64,000 nt of DNA, from the NCBI GenBank assembly GCA_964106645.2, contig OZ078259.1; one strand, given 5' to 3'. The stretch comes from Podarcis pityusensis (lineage: Eukaryota). Shown in pieces: positions 48,651 through 64,000 of the stretch. The position numbers and the translations under genes were made by a program. Every line of letters begins with the position of its first letter. Position 1 is the first letter of the stretch. The notes beneath the pieces are model-generated. The model was given only the letters and a program-made list of their open reading frames with translations, did no database searches and was not told the DNA's origin.

Positions 48651-51593
48651 AAGAGTGAGTATAACTTTTATATGCACTGAGAAAACAACAAATTTGTGTG
48701 ACTTGCTTTATTGTGATGTTTGCTTTATTGCAGTAATCTCCGACAGAACCTGCAATATAGCTGTTTGTGTTACAGGCATCCCCCCCAACTTAAGCGGGGA
48801 TTACATTCTGGGCCCCTGTGTGCATAAGCGAAAATCACGTAAGGGGGGGAGTACCCTCTAAAAAGCCTCTAATTGCCTGTCTGCCCCCCCCCCCCGCTCT
48901 CCAGTTCTCTCTCCCACACACTCTCCATGCAATACTCTCTTCAACTAGAGTTGAAGCTTTGGGGCTGTCTGGAGGCTGGAGGACACGTGAAAAAGCGGCG
49001 GCGGCGGCTGCACTACTGTACCCCCTGCACTTCTTGTCTCTCTGGGGTTTCTTCCGCCCTCATTGAAGTTCTTTTTGAGCTCCCAAGAGGGTCTTTTTGC
49101 GAGCCAGAAAAACTCTCCAGTTCTGTCCCACCATCTATTTGTTTATTTCCTGGCTCTGTGCATATACGTGGTCAAGTTGGTCATGTGTAAGGTGGGGTGT
49201 GTGTGTGTGTGCCTGTATTAGTGTAGCAGTAATGCTCTTCGTAATAATTATGCTACTAATTGTTGTGATTATTGTTTGTGGTAGTGATAATGCTCCTAGT
49301 AATGTTACTATCACCTATCCATTGAATTATTTAATGTTGGTTTTAAAGCAGTGCCAGCAGTAGTGCTAATGCTCTTCCTCCTCCATATCATCCATCATTA
49401 CCTGCACCCACAGTAGCAGTAAGAACTTAAGGAGATCCCTGTTGCCAGGTCCACCTAGTCTATCATCCCTCCTTTCCTAGTGGCTCCTCTTCCTGCCCAC
49501 TTTCTGCGGGAGAGACTCCCTGTTTGAAACCTTAGAGAGCTGCTGCCAGTTAGTGCAGACAGTAGTGTGCTAGATGAACAGAAGGGTTCATTTGACTTTG
49601 TTTAGGACAGCTTTCTGTTTTCCTGTGTCTTCTGAACCTCAACTTGTGGCGTGTTTCCTTCAAACAAGCCACGGCATTAACCAAGGTTTGTTCTTGGCTT
49701 ACCACTTGTGGTTTGTTTGGAGGAAGCAAAAGCAAGAGTCCAGATCTGGGCAGCATAGCAAGGCCAATTCTAGATTGTTTTGTCTTTGATACATAGGAAC
49801 AAGGTTGAATTTCTTTTGAGAAGTGAGTGCTGGCACCCTTCTCATTCTGGATAAACCATAAGTTGTTTTAAAACTGTGGCTTAATGTGACATGACGGTCT
49901 CTGTGTGTGTAATATAATACATTGCCTGTACTACACCTTGAGGCAAGAGTCCTGCTATATCTGGTGAAAGCACACCTGGAGCAATGCTGCAGTGAGATGG
50001 TTCCCTCCGCAGTAACAGCTCAAATTTCCTAGAATATGAGTGCAGCATTTTATCAGACTTCTTTGGAGACTCAGACATAGAAGATGGGGTTTTGCTGCAA
50101 TAGCAGCAAACCCTCTTTTCTCCTTAGGTTGTTTGCGGGCTGACCTTTAAACTCCCAAACTCTTAATTTCATTTCATTTCTGAATCTTACTATTAGCATT
50201 TGTTGGTATTGCAAACCCAGAAGACTTGATTTCTTAAATCACCCAGACCTTGCATATTTGAGGGTCTGACTTCCTAGTTTAACAACAACTTACACATGAC
50301 AGTTTGTATTACTTTTTGCAGATTTGCACAGATGTGGAATGGGAGGCAAGCTTTACCAGCTTTCTGTTTTAAAAATTTCGAATGGAAAATATGTTTAATG
50401 GGGAAAAACAATGAAGTGTCTTAATTCAGTTAAGAGTTATAATATATGCAAAATAAGCTGAGTGACTCTGCCATAGCAACTGGGCAGTGCTGAATTAATT
50501 AACAGTTGTAGTGGGAAAGGAAACCATTGCCTCTGTTCAGATCCAAATGAATAGACGTAAACTTCTTGATGAATCACGTCCGCACTTTTAAAGCACTGTT
50601 AAAGCATGTAGCTTTCCCCAGAGAAATCATGGGAACTGTCATTTACCCCTTCACAGAGCTGCAATTCCCAGCACCCTTGACATACTACAGTTCCCAGGAT
50701 TCTTTGGGGGAAGCTATGGGTTTTAAATGTATAGAATAGATTTGACCTCAGTTGTTTCTCTCTGGACCCTGCCTTTGAAATTGTTTTGCTTAGGTCTGGT
50801 CACCTTAAGATCAGTGGCATAGTGTCTTTTCAGATTGAAATGTACTACTGTTTTTTTAATACTGCCTTTTTCTGATGTAGGATTTGTGCCAGTGACTCCC
50901 TTGTGCAGGGACTCGGTGTAGCATGCAGAAGGGTCCTGGTAGTAGATAGCTGCATATGCTGTGGTTGGGTCTGAATAGAGAGAATGGTTTCTTTTTTGTC
51001 TTTGCTGCCACTGTCTACTGCAGCTACCCCTCTGGAAGTTATTTTTGGGAAAAGCAAGTGCAGAACAGGAGAGCAAGTGTTGAAGGACAAAGCCCTGGGT
51101 ATGGCTGGTAACTAGCTTAAAAACCAACCCCTAATTTTTCTCCTGCCTCTCCAGTCAGCGCTTACACAAACACTAAAGAATTTATAATATCAGCTTTAGG
51201 AGACTGCCATCACAGTCCAAGAGATGGTCGCTACAAAGTGTGATAATGGCTTTAAGAAGCTTTAAAATTTGTCATTGGGCATGATTGAACCTCTATGTTC
51301 AGAGATGCTCCACCTTGGAATATCAAGTGCTGGTGAGCAAATGGGAAGGCTGTTGCAGGATGAGGTAGACTGTGGTCTGATCCAGCAGGACTCATGTGGG
51401 TTGTAGGTGTATTGGTGCAATGGGCTTCTAGTTTTAATTTGGGGTTTGTGTCTGTGATGTGTGTCTTGGCTGCCTTAAGTTTGGAAAACCATTATTTTCT
51501 CCCTGTTTCCTTGTAGGAGACACCCTCCTTTGAATTGGCTTGCACTTCCATCCCCTGAAGTGCCCAGATCCTGGCTTGCTAGTTTTCATAGCC

Positions 51594-51674
51594 ATGGCAA
51601 CGGAAGAGAAGAAGCCAGATTCAGAATCAACCAAAACACAATCAACACCCTCCTCTTCAACCAATCAGAGCAAG
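51594..51674 (+). CDS. WDR5: WDR5 coding exon 1 (start codon)
   Basis: gccATGG Kozak; MATEEKKPDSESTKTQSTPSSSTNQSK; exon acceptor ttgtag before 51517. Confidence 0.96.
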
Positions 51675-51968
51675 GTGTGTGTCAGGGCTTCTGGGCTGTA
51701 ATTCTGTCTGCAAGTTCAAATAGTCTGAGGATGGTAAACTCTTGTGTGTGGACCTGATTTTATGGGGCATGTTTGTTGGATACTGTTCAGTTAAGAGCCC
51801 AAACCCAGCTCCGACTCTTCTGTCACTAGAGGCAGATCTAGATTCATTCATAAGGATCTAACTGCCATGCTGTTTACTGTTGCCTGCTTATAGGTTGCCT
51901 CCCTTTGGAAAGTATCGAAAGGGATTGTAAGGGAAAGTTCTGATCCAGCTCTTTCCAAGCATCTAACA

Positions 51969-52104
51969 CAGGCTTCCTCAAACTCGGCCCTCCAGATGTT
52001 TTTGGCCTACAACTCCCATGATCCCTAGCTAGCAGGACCAGTGGTCAGGGATGATGGGAATTGTAGTCTCAAAACATCTGGAGGGCCGAGTTTGAGGTAG
52101 CCTG
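51969..52104. mobile_element. Foldback hAT MITE (136 bp)
   Basis: CAGG...CCTG near-perfect palindrome; 8-bp TSD ATCTAACA on both sides. Confidence 0.9.
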
Positions 52105-52110
52105 ATCTAA

Positions 52111-52503
<393 letters not shown>

Positions 52504-53255
52504 TGACATGGTCAAGAGGGATCCTTTCCTGACTCCTATTCACATTTATTTCTAGGGCTGTTTCCCAGTTCAAGAAATCTAGTGTTCATTGTGTTAGCAC
52601 ATGCATCAAGCAAGAGCCAAACCCTCTTTGTTTTTTTAGATTATTCATTCTTGGGGCAAAGATTAGGCATTCTCTCCTGTCCGAGAAGGTGGGAAGCTGC
52701 CTTATACATGGTCAGACCATTGGTCCATTCAGGTCAGGATACCATCGATACTGACTGGCAGCAGATCTCCAGGATTTCAAGTGGGGGGTTATTTTCCAAC
52801 TCTACCTCAGTTTGCCAAGTATTGAACCTGGAACCTTCTGCATGCAGAGCAGATGCTCTTCCAGAGTGAATGTCCCTTTTTAGATGGTTCTTACCATCGC
52901 TAATTTCACACTTGGGACTTCCTGTACACTATGAAAACTAAGGGAGGGAGGGTTTTTTGGGTTTTTTGCTAGAGGGAGCATTTAGAAATATCCTATTTAC
53001 AGTCTGCATTTGAAACTGAATTATATGCCTTGTGCAAGTCAAGTACATTTGCACAGTTTCCTACTCAGATGTGAGAGGCGTGAAAATTCTTCTGCTTATA
53101 TCATATGTTGGTGGGCTGTATTTATGTATTCACTTAAACAAATGCATCTTTATAACCCCCATCTTCTCTAAAAAGAGGGCAAAAAAGAGTATAATCAGAG
53201 TTCAAAAATACCTGCATGCCTCCCCACCCCTGTGTTGCAGGGTCAAGGTGCCTAA

Positions 53256-53492
<237 letters not shown>

Positions 53493-53846
53493 TAACCATC
53501 GTCTTGCCTGGAGGGATTTAGCCTATGGGGGCATGGGGAATAGGTTACAACAGTTGCTTTTTGGTTCAGGAGTAGATCGTTAACCATTTCTGTTGCTTGG
53601 GTTGTTTGGTTTTTTTGCCTGCTAGAACATGAGAAAAGTTCATTGCAAAATAGTACATGAGAGAGAAGGAGTTATTTGGCTAACCCTTTTTTTGGTTTCT
53701 GTTATGCTCTGCTGCTTGGAGGGAGGGTTTTTTTTTTTTTTTTGCTAGAGGGAGCATTTAGAAATATTACCCTATTTGTAACCACCTCATTCTTTGTAAA
53801 TTGTACACAGTTTCTCAGTTAAAAACAGGCGAATGACTTTTTGTAA

Positions 53847-53972
<126 letters not shown>

Positions 53973-55035
53973 TAGTTGCATCCCCTACTTGTTTTGCTTA
54001 CCACCCAGCCATCTTGGAGAGCCTTAACTGGATTCTAATATGACTGTCTATCTATAATGGTGCTCCTGATCCAGCTAAACTCACTTCTGACTTTTCATGG
54101 CACTGAATCACAAACTCAGCTTTATCAGGACTTCTAGGTTTTCCTGTCCATTGAACTGAGTCTGCTCTTGGTTGTTAAAAGGCTAGATTAAAAGTTCAAA
54201 ATAAATTTACCTCAATTTATATCCTGTTCATTTTACAAAATGTTGCCAGCAGTCTGTGCATAACGAATACATAAAAACTACCTGTGTGGTTAAAATAAAT
54301 CTTTAAGGGATCCGTTCTGATAATTCAGACAATGTCAGAGACCCATTTTAGGCAGTAATATAATCCTTTTTGTGTGTGGATTATTATTATTAACAGTCCA
54401 AACTATAAACAAATACCTTCACCCCTTAATGTGGACCCAGCCATCAGATATATAGCCTTTAAATATCTTAAACTGCTATGGAAAATTTAACACACATTTT
54501 CCTTCTCGTGGGTATTTATGTTCCTGACAACAAAAAGAAGTTTGTGTTGGCTTAACTTTGAGAGCTGTAGTGTACATATTTTCACTGAAATGTGCATGGA
54601 TAACAAAGCATTTTTTTAAGGCCAAGATTAGCGAGTTTGTCTTAACGGTTGTTTTGCAGGCTGAATAGTTTTTAAATGCAGTTCCCTTTTTGGTTAACTT
54701 TTTGAAGGGGAGATATAGGAATTCCCTTCCTCCGTTGCTGGCTCATTGTTGGCCTGTTAAACCTCTTAGTGGTTCATTCCACTAATGGTGCTGTGGTCAC
54801 TTAACATTGGGGGATGGGGAGCAGGGAACCAGGACATCCTGCAGATGTAGCTTTGTCTCCAGGTGAGCTGACACTGGTTCTCTCCCACCCAATAGCTGAG
54901 CGTTTTAAACTTGAGTCCCAGTCCGGTGTGTGTTATCTCTAGTGTCTGCACCATATGGTACTACATTCCTCAACATGCAGCCAGTCCTAAGAATATGGAG
55001 CTCTGGCCCATTTACTGTTTTTATTATCTTTTTAG

Positions 55036-55143
<108 letters not shown>

Positions 55144-56202
55144 TGAAAAGAGGCAATGGGTCGCTCTTGCTATCTCTTTCATAAGACAGAAAATGGTGGG
55201 CCGAGCTCTGACTCAGATCTCTAGCTGTGTTGCAGCAGGCATTAACTGTTTTGTTTCAGGGCATCATGGTGCTGGTAGGACACAGTTTCCTCTTGCCATG
55301 GCAGATATTCAACTAATGTGGGGTGGAGAAGAGAGATATTGGCCAAGCATCTGCTCTGTTGTTGATTTCATCAGTGAACACACCATTGTGATATTTGAGT
55401 CACAAAGGTAGAGTCCACAGGCCTATAAATCACACAGGCTTATGCAGAGGCATTTCCTTACCTTAGGTTTACACAGGTGCAGAACAGGTGCAAGGAGAAC
55501 AGGGTGCCTGCTCCTTACCAGGCTAGCTGAAAGCTGAGTTTTTCCTGCACAAGCATTATTGGCACATTCTTAAAACAGTCTGAGGAAGTGGGTGATCCCA
55601 ACAATTTCCTCTCACACTCTATTACAGAAATTACATCTCTTCACGTGTTAGCTATCTGTTAAAGCATATACTGTAATTTCCACTAATTTCCAAAATGCAT
55701 AAAGATGACAAGCCATTTGGATCTGGGCCTCCTGCTGAAAGGCAGGAGTAAGCCCTGTCTATCTCTGCTTTTTGTGAGTTGGGTGTCCCTGCAGTGCACT
55801 CTATAGAGCAGCTGCTATATAAGCTTGTGATGCTCCAGGACAGTTGGAAAGCCCCCCCTGGTTGTTAATTTAAGTCCCAGGGTGAACCTTCACTATCTGT
55901 CTCTGCTGTAGTTCAAACTCGGATGTTCTGTGCAATGGCTGTGTAACAGGACAGCAAGGAAAAGGAACAAATATTGGCAATAAAACTTTTTGCAATAGAG
56001 GTAGTGTTGTTTGTAAAATCTCAACTGTGCAATAAACCTTGCCCTGATTTCACACAGAGGTGCTTGAACAGTGACTTCTTGCTTTGGAAAGAGGAGAGAT
56101 GATGGAACCTGATTCTAGGTTTCTTGTGAAGATATTAACCACAGAGAAATCTTGTCCCTGATTTTGTCAATGGAGTTCCATTACAAGTAGTTGAAATTTT
56201 AA

Positions 56203-56355
<153 letters not shown>

Positions 56356-56894
56356 TGAGATGAGCTGGGCTGTCCCTTATGCTCCCCCACCCCCGCCCCA
56401 TCCCATGACAAAGTTGCCTGCCATCTGTCAGTAACATTTCAAGCTTCTTGAGTGAACTCCTGGTCTTCCAGGCTGAGCAAGTGGAGTAAAATATTGCTGC
56501 TGCCGCCACCGCCTTGTTTGGCTAATGGTTCAGCAGTGTCAGCTGGGGAGGAAAGCTTGCCCTGCTAGATGTGAAATCCTACATCTGATGCTTACTTCCA
56601 GCCATAGGAATACAACACTCCATGCCATAGCAGTCTTTGGCTCCAGGTGGATGTCTTGCACCTTAAATTCTGCAGTAAACGTTCAGCAAACTGGCAGAGT
56701 CTCTTAAAGAGCAGCAGTGTATTTAAATTGGGTCTTGGTATGGGGGGCATTCTGGCACCAACCTTAGGGAATTTTCTTTCTGAAAAAGGTGCCTTGTACC
56801 ACAGATGCAATATTGCCTCTTGCTAAGCCACCAAAATAATGTTTATTTATGTGTGGCAGTATAAATTCAATTAATAATAAATTCTTGCCTCCAG

Positions 56895-56950
56895 GTGCAT
56901 TTTAACCGTGATGGCTCCCTGATAGTGTCCAGCAGCTATGATGGCCTCTG
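56895..56950 (+). CDS. WDR5: WDR5 coding exon 7
   Basis: 56 nt, VHFNRDGSLIVSSSYDGL(C). Confidence 0.97.
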
Positions 56951-57658
56951 GTAAGTGGGAGAAGGAGAGAAGGCTGGGTTTAGATCCTGAGTTTGTGAGG
57001 TGGGGGCATTCAGCCACCCCAGGAATGATGGGTAGAGAATGGGTCCATCTGTCCACAATTTTGACTTGATTTCCAGTCCCTCCCTCCAACCCCCCAAGAG
57101 GCAGCTCTTTTGTTCTCCTGCCGCTAAACTGGCTCAGACTGGCTGTATCTTAAATATTGATAATTTTAAGCCTCAACATTGGAAGAATAGGTGTGTGTTC
57201 ACATGTGTTGTGTTTGTGGGAGATCTGCGTCACTTGCTTTAATTATTTAATCTGATGATTATGCAGGTTCTGACCTATAAAAAAAAAGAAAAAGGAGCTG
57301 TCACACAGTGCATAGGGGAACACACAGCTTTCATGCAAAAGGTCCCTGCAGCATCTATAATCATCGTTTATTTATATGTCATGTTTACATTGTTATACCA
57401 TGCTCAGGTCAGCTTACGTAATTACCAAAAAAAAATCAACCATATCCAGTCATAAACAATACATGAAAACTTTTCAATAAGTATAGAAGGATTTATTTTT
57501 TTACAGAAAACCCAAATAAAAGGTATAACAATAAAGATAGAAAAGCATTAACAGCAAAGCTTATTCTCACACACACACACACACACACACACACCTTGAT
57601 TAAACCTTGACACCCTCAACAGAGACACCTTCATGTCCCACCCCATGAGTCTCTAAGC

Positions 57659-57794
57659 CAGGCATCCCAAACCTTCGGCCCTCCAGATGTTTTGGACTAC
57701 AATTCCCACCATCCCTGACCACTAGTCCTGTTAGCTAGGGATCATGAGAGTTGTAGGCCAAAACATCTGGAGGGCCGTAGGTTGGGGGTGCCTG
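57659..57794. mobile_element. Foldback hAT MITE (same family)
   Basis: CAGG...CCTG; TSD CTCTAAGC / CTCTAGGC. Confidence 0.88.
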
Positions 57795-58090
57795 CTCTAG
57801 GCATCCTGAACAGTAGGTCCTGCAGGACTCACATTTAAGATGATCTCTGGCCCCTTCAGCAGCAACAGCGCTTGCAGGACTTGTTTGGAGCTCTCTCAGG
57901 CCAGGTGGGAATAGCTCAGCAAAGCTGGGAGCAGGTCACCTGCAAATACTTCAGCAGTTAAGAGCAGAGGATATACCAACTGTCTGATCCTCTGCTTTTG
58001 CCAAACGTGTGTGTTGTCCCCCTCGGCTCTCTCCCCCAATCATAGTTTTTTGTTGCCTTACTAATGGTGACTTTTATCTTCACCTTGCAG

Positions 58091-58137
58091 CCGAATCTGG
58101 GATACAGCATCAGGACAGTGTTTGAAAACACTGATTG
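58091..58137 (+). CDS. WDR5: WDR5 coding exon 8
   Basis: 47 nt, RIWDTASGQCLKTLI. Confidence 0.96.
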
Positions 58138-58212
58138 GTAAGTTTTTTGTGTGCGTGCTCCAAAGGCCTCTGCTAACTTATCCCGCAATAATAGCCTTTC
58201 ATATGAAAATGA

Positions 58213-58314
<102 letters not shown>

Positions 58315-58929
58315 TAAGAGTCAAGGGGTGTTGTGCTGTTTTTTTCAGAGCAAATAACTAATTATTGTGGCAGGGTTGCTCAGCTTTATCAAAGAAACAA
58401 AACTTCGAAATACAGGGACATTACACCTCCCGATTTACTAGATCACAAACATACATATTTAAACATTAGCTAAACTAGCACAACAGCTTGGAGAAAGAAG
58501 TATGTGCAGTCATAACCATCCAGACTTCATTCTTGTTGACAGCTTTGAATATGTTTCTGCATATATATTGCGCTCTCATTTTTCTGGCCAATTTGAAACC
58601 TAAGATAAAAGACCACTCTTTTCAGTTCCAGGGATGCATTCTAGAAGATGAGAAGTAGCGGTGGGAACAGAGTGATTGTGAGGGCAAGTTGCTGAAAGGG
58701 TGAACTGTGAGAGTTCAGAAACAAATTAAACTCTAGTGAGGAGGGAGTTGAACAGAGATCTGAGTGGGGGAGGTGCAATGAGCTCACAGAAAAATGGCCA
58801 CTGCGATACAATGAATGGCAATGGGAGAGAGAAGTCACTCTAAAGTTTAGATGAGAAGAAAGTCTCTTCTGTGGGTAAAGACATAAAATATGATAGACAT
58901 TTGATGAAGAGGCTTAAAACTAGTAGATA

Positions 58930-59142
58930 CAGTGGTACCTCGGGTTACAGACGCTTCAGGTTACAGACTGCTAACCCAGAAATAGTACCTTGGGTTAAGA
59001 AATTTGCTTCAGGATAAGAACAGAAATCGCGCGGCAGCGGCGGGAGGCCCCATTAGCTAAAGTGGTACCTCAGATTAAGAACAGTTTCAGGTTAAGAACG
59101 GATCTCCAGAACGAACTAAGTTCTTAACCCAAGGTACCACTG
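58930..59142. mobile_element. Tigger-like MITE
   Basis: TA|CAGTGGTACCTC...AAGGTACCACTG|TA. Confidence 0.88.
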
Positions 59143-59247
59143 TAGTTGCTTTAGATAGGCATGAGGATGTATGAAACATCTGAACACCCTAGAAGCCTAG
59201 ATACTATTTTAAAGTATTGTGCTTCATTTCCCTGTCTTTTTCTCCAG

Positions 59248-59281
59248 CACTCTTAAGCTTTGGGACTACAGCAAAGGAAAG
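59248..59281 (+). CDS. WDR5: WDR5 coding exon 10
   Basis: 34 nt, TLKLWDYSKGK; CAG/GTGAG boundaries. Confidence 0.96.
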
Positions 59282-59914
59282 GTGAGTCTTGATATTTTCC
59301 TTAACAGAGAACTTACTAGGGGAAGTCTTTTTAATAAATGTTTCGGTTGGCTGGTTGGTTCCCCCCACCTTTTACTTACAGTCCAAATTTCTGTGTGTGC
59401 TAACTCAGAAATAACTCGCTGGGTTCAGTAGGGCTACTCGGTAGTAAACGTTTTAAGACTCCAGCCATAGGTTATTATTGTAATTTTTCAGTACTATACC
59501 GCTTTATATTTTCAAGAAAAAAATCTCAAAGTGATTTACAGCACATTAAAATAACAATCCACAGTAAAAGATTACTGAAGAAAGTAAAACAAGTAAAAAT
59601 GTGATCTTAAAATTGTGTCACTGGAGTGAATTGTGCATTGATTCACATGCTGGGGGGGCAGGGAAAGATGACTGTAATTGGTAAAATGTCCAACTGAATT
59701 GTTAAATATATTAACGTTGACAATATACACAATTCATTTTTTGCTTTTCTATCTTGAGAAAAAAAAACAAAAAAGGCCAAAGATGATTATAATGGCACCC
59801 GCAACCTACGTTTAAGGGGCCATTTGGCGAATAGCTTACACATCTGAGTTTCTAACACTGGTGAGCACAGGTTGCTGGATCCAGCATCTAAGCTCTTATT
59901 ATGTTCTGTTGTAA

Positions 59915-60112
<198 letters not shown>

Positions 60113-60294
60113 TGAGCCTAAATCCTCAAAATCAACTCATGGTTTTGCTTTGAAAGTAAACAGGGATGCTCAGTCCTTGTAAACTGTTCTCTAGAGTTCA
60201 TTAATAAAAAATCCTGCATGCATCATTTTAGTTGGCCTGGGATGAGGTTGCTCCTTCTTCCCATTTTAATACATTTGTTTTCTCCCTCATTTAG

Positions 60295-60480
<186 letters not shown>

Positions 60481-60706
60481 TAAATAGGATTCCCCCCCAG
60501 CAAGCATCCCTCTCCAGTGTCTCATGTCTTTAGAGGTGTTGCTCTAGAAGTGTGTTGAAGATGGTTCACTGAGGACTAGTGAACTTGCTTCTGAATGCTT
60601 TGGTACAGAAATTCTGTCATGGGTGTGTCCTTGACTTTAAAGGAGTAATTGTATTTGATTAATCAAGAAGATTTCTTATCCTTCATAAGCAGTTCGTAGT
60701 AGAATA

Positions 60707-60882
60707 CAGTGGACCCTCCGGATACAAACTTAATTCGTTCTGGGGGTCCGTTCACACCCTGAAAATTACGCGCAGAGTGCTTCTGTGCATGGTGAAACCC
60801 AGAAGTATACACTTCCGGGTTTGCCGTGGCCGTTACCCAAAGATTCTGTATCCAGAGGGATACGTAAGTAGAGGTACGACTG
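60707..60882. mobile_element. Tigger-like MITE, related subfamily
   Basis: TA|CAGTGGACCCTC...GAGGTACGACTG|TA. Confidence 0.75.
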
Positions 60883-61229
60883 TATACAATTAAAAAAATT
60901 ATTACAATTATAAAATGCACAAAAACCTTTCTAAGTGGAACAGGGCAGTGTAAATTCATCCTACTGAATGAAATTCCTTAACTATTAAAAGATAGGTTTG
61001 GCAAGCAATTAGGGCAGGTCCATTATAGCTTAGTGGTTAGAACATCTGCTTTGTATGCAGTCCCAGGTTCAATCCCCAGTCTCCTGGTGTGGGGATGGGA
61101 GAGATTCCTACATGAAACCTTGGAAAGCCACTGCCAGTAAGTGCAGACAGTACTGAGCTAGCAGCAAACTTTTGTGGGTTTATTTTGCAGGTTACCTTCA
61201 ACAATCGTCCACTAACCCAAGCAGATTGA

Positions 61230-61406
<177 letters not shown>

Positions 61407-62400
61407 AATGCTTTCAGCATCACTTCAGAGACTGCTGGGGGGTGTCTGGAAAACATGGGGGTATTTTGTGTTTGTGTTTTTTGAAGACCCATTTGCCAGG
61501 AAACAAAGCAACCTTTGAGAAGATGATTTCTCCTAGTCTTTGCCCAAAGAACTTCTCTCTTTGGCTTGTCTCCAAACTGGGCAAATATAGGTTTTTTGTG
61601 GGGGGGAAATAATAAAAAGGTTCTGTTTTCTTTGATGAATTGGCGGCTTTTCCTATTGGGAAGCCATTAACTATTCTCTCCTTGGAGAATTAGATGGCAT
61701 CCTCATTCCTTGGAGGGAACACTGTCTCCTAACAGCAACCACCGCCAAGTCATAAACTTAGAAAGAATCTGGATATGTTAACATTCTTAAAGAAAAAGAA
61801 AAAAAGATCCAGGCAGGTAGGCCCTAGTACCTAAAACTTTAAATAGAAGAGCCATGGTGGCTCATTACTAAAGGCAATTTTTTTAACGTGACCAAACAAG
61901 TGTTCTTTTGCCTTGCGCCTCTTCTCATTTCCCACCCACCCAAGTTTCCAGAACCTGTGATTAAATCACCCTTTCTTTGTCCTTCTGTGTAATGCACCCT
62001 GTTCATCATGCTCTCTGATAGATGCTACTTGACAGTAAAAGTCTATTCACGCTTTTCACCCCACCCCCACCCCAAATTATCTGTTCAACCTCTGTCCTCC
62101 AAAGTCCTTGCTTGTGGCTTTTTGTTTGTTTTTACTTAAAAAAAAATATTCTGGCAAATTTCACAAACTCTGTACAGTTATTTCAGTGTAAAAAACAAAA
62201 GAAAAACACTTTTTTAATCTTGGAAACCTCATTGTATGAGCTTGTATTTGCTAATGGTATGGCTTTATTCTATCCCCCCCTTCCACATTGGTATATTCCT
62301 TTTCTACCCTTTCTTCCCTCCTCTGCGCTTATCAATATTTTACACATCAAACCTGGTTACCATATGCACAATAAAAAGGTGGGATTTTTTGTGAATTGGT
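61407..62400 (+). other. WDR5: WDR5 3'UTR (probable extent)
   Basis: AATAAA at 62370-62375 (another at 61611-61616), followed by GU-rich sequence. Confidence 0.6.
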
Positions 62401-63229
62401 CGTCATTCAAGTGGACTGGTGTACGGTGTCTCGATGTGGCCCCTGCCAATTCCTTGTATGGACCACAATTCCTTGGGGTCACAGCTGATTGCCTCATGAC
62501 CTGCTTCCAAAGACAAAAACCAGCGTGCAGTGGAAGGAACTGAAGACGAAATTATTATACATTCAGATTTATTACATGCTCTTCCCCATCTCTTCCCAAG
62601 GCAGGTTACAATTTAAAAATCAGTGTTAAATTCAGCCATAGGAGTAGGGTGGGTCCTGAAAATATCAAAAGCTCAGGGTAGTGAATGCATTGAAGGAAAC
62701 TCACTTAGCTATTGCTGAAGAGACACTGAAAATAGTCTTTCCTACATAAGAGAAGCCTGCAGGACCAGGTCAGTTGCCGCCCATCTAGTCCAGCATCCTG
62801 TTCTCACAGTTGTCAGCCAGATGCCCCAAAGGGAAGCCCATAAGCAGGATCCAAAAACAAGAGCCCCCTCCCCTCCTGTGGTTCCCAGCAATGTATTCAA
62901 AAGCAGTGCTGCCTTTGACCATGAAGGTAAAGCATAGCTAGTAGCCATTGAAGCCTTCTCCATGAATTGGTCCACTCCAGCCCAATCTTTTAAAGCTGTT
63001 CAAGTTGGTGGCCAGTTATCTTGGCAGCTGTGATTTTAGGGATTTTTTTAGGGACACTTGAACTTCTTAGGATGATGTACTGACACCCATTTCCACTCAG
63101 AGGAGATGGCCATGGAAGAGACCAGCTTCTGTTAGTACAGTTTGTTAAGTTCCCTAGGTCTGACTGGTGTACAGGATGTATGTGTCTGTATATATGTATA
63201 CACCTGGAGCTCTACTTTACATCTGCAGG

Positions 63230-63990
63230 TGAGGCAGCTTGCCTTGGTAATGGACTGGATGAGAGCCAGCAAACGAGCTCAATCCCAATACAACGGAGGC
63301 AATCTTAGTGGGCAGTTCCCTAGACCAGATGGTTGGGAGGCTGCCTGATCTTGATGGGATTACATTCCCTCTGAAGGAGCCAGTATACAGCTTGGGGGTA
63401 CTCCAGGATCCATTGCTGTCATTTGAGGCTCAGGTGGCACAGAGTGCCTTCCATCAGCTTTGACTGGTGGCCCAGCTGTGCTACCAGTCAAAGCGGGACA
63501 GATAGCCTAACTTCTGCCTATGCTCTGGTAACCTCTGCTACTTGGGCTGCCTCTGAAGACTGTTCAGAAACTTCCACTGGTGAAGAATTCAGTGACCATG
63601 TCGTTCACCAGGGCAATACAATTTGAGCATATAATGCCAATCCTGGCCTGACTGCACTGGCTGCCAATTAGTTTCTGGGCTCAATTCAAAGTGCTGGTTT
63701 TCACCTATAAAGCCCAGGACAAGGCAGCAATACTTCAAGGACTGCTGCTCCCCATATGAACCAACCCAGACTCTGCAATCACCATCTGAGGCCCTTCGTG
63801 TGCCTCCTTGATCAGAGGTCTGGAGGGTGGCGACATGAGAACAGGCCTTTCCTGTGGTGTTTCCTTAGTTGTGGAATGCTCCCTAAGAAGGTTCACCTGG
63901 TGCTTTCCTTACATAACATTAGGCACGTTCCTCTTCTTTCAGACCTTTGGTTAATTAAGCAATATATGGCCTTTTAAACTATATATGCTG
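63230..63990 (+). mobile_element. L2-type LINE 3' fragment (others at 8215-8600, 11590-12030, 26370-27235, 27760-28730 minus)
   Basis: CTGCACTGGCTGCCAATT (LHWLP) and TTCAAAGTGCTGGTT (FKVLV) motifs typical of the L2 ORF2 C-terminus, with frameshifts. Confidence 0.75.
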
Positions 63991-64000
63991 GGGAGAAGGG

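Noticed and set aside
50723-51127. 134-aa antisense ORF in WDR5 intron 1, and possible extra 5'UTR exon starting at 50881
   Set aside because: No recognisable homology, non-ATG start, ends in a MITE remnant; splice signals too weak to call without RNA data.
62022-62543. 173-aa ORF after the WDR5 stop
   Set aside because: Spans the 3'UTR and poly(A) signal; composition reflects T/A runs.
62400-64000. U6atac snRNA gene, which lies downstream of WDR5 in human
   Set aside because: No U6atac-like sequence seen; the region is CR1 and L2 fragments.

Overview
Vertebrate (squamate, probably lacertid lizard; inferred from Sauria SINE and related repeats) genomic DNA carrying two complete, divergently transcribed chromatin genes. 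BRD3 (BET bromodomain protein) is on the minus strand: 11 coding exons from ATG 29356 to TAA 6958, 2184 nt = 727 aa, a non-coding first exon in a CpG island near 37.3-38.4 kb, and a 3'UTR to about 2.5 kb. WDR5 is on the plus strand: 13 coding exons 51594-61406, 1005 nt = 334 aa, a non-coding first exon in a CpG island near 44.7-46.1 kb. All coding exons have GT-AG ends and consistent phases. The rest is mostly repeats: CR1, L2 and L1-type LINE fragments, Sauria, tRNA-derived and MIR-like SINEs, hAT and Tc1/mariner MITEs, and a Penelope-like remnant. Nearly all other ORFs in the track are spurious. I found no clearly novel protein-coding system. The best leads are: (1) several possible post-transcriptional controls on BRD3 (a duplicated exon-2 donor and a duplicated exon-10 acceptor that would each introduce an early stop, three uORFs, a candidate 33-nt in-frame microexon); (2) a 5S rRNA-tRNA(Lys)-CR1-tail chimeric retroposon; (3) a SINE-plus-fixed-linker unit forming dimers and trimers; (4) a degenerate Penelope-type hammerhead ribozyme; (5) hAT MITEs carrying the same ZNF143/THAP11 motif as the two promoters.
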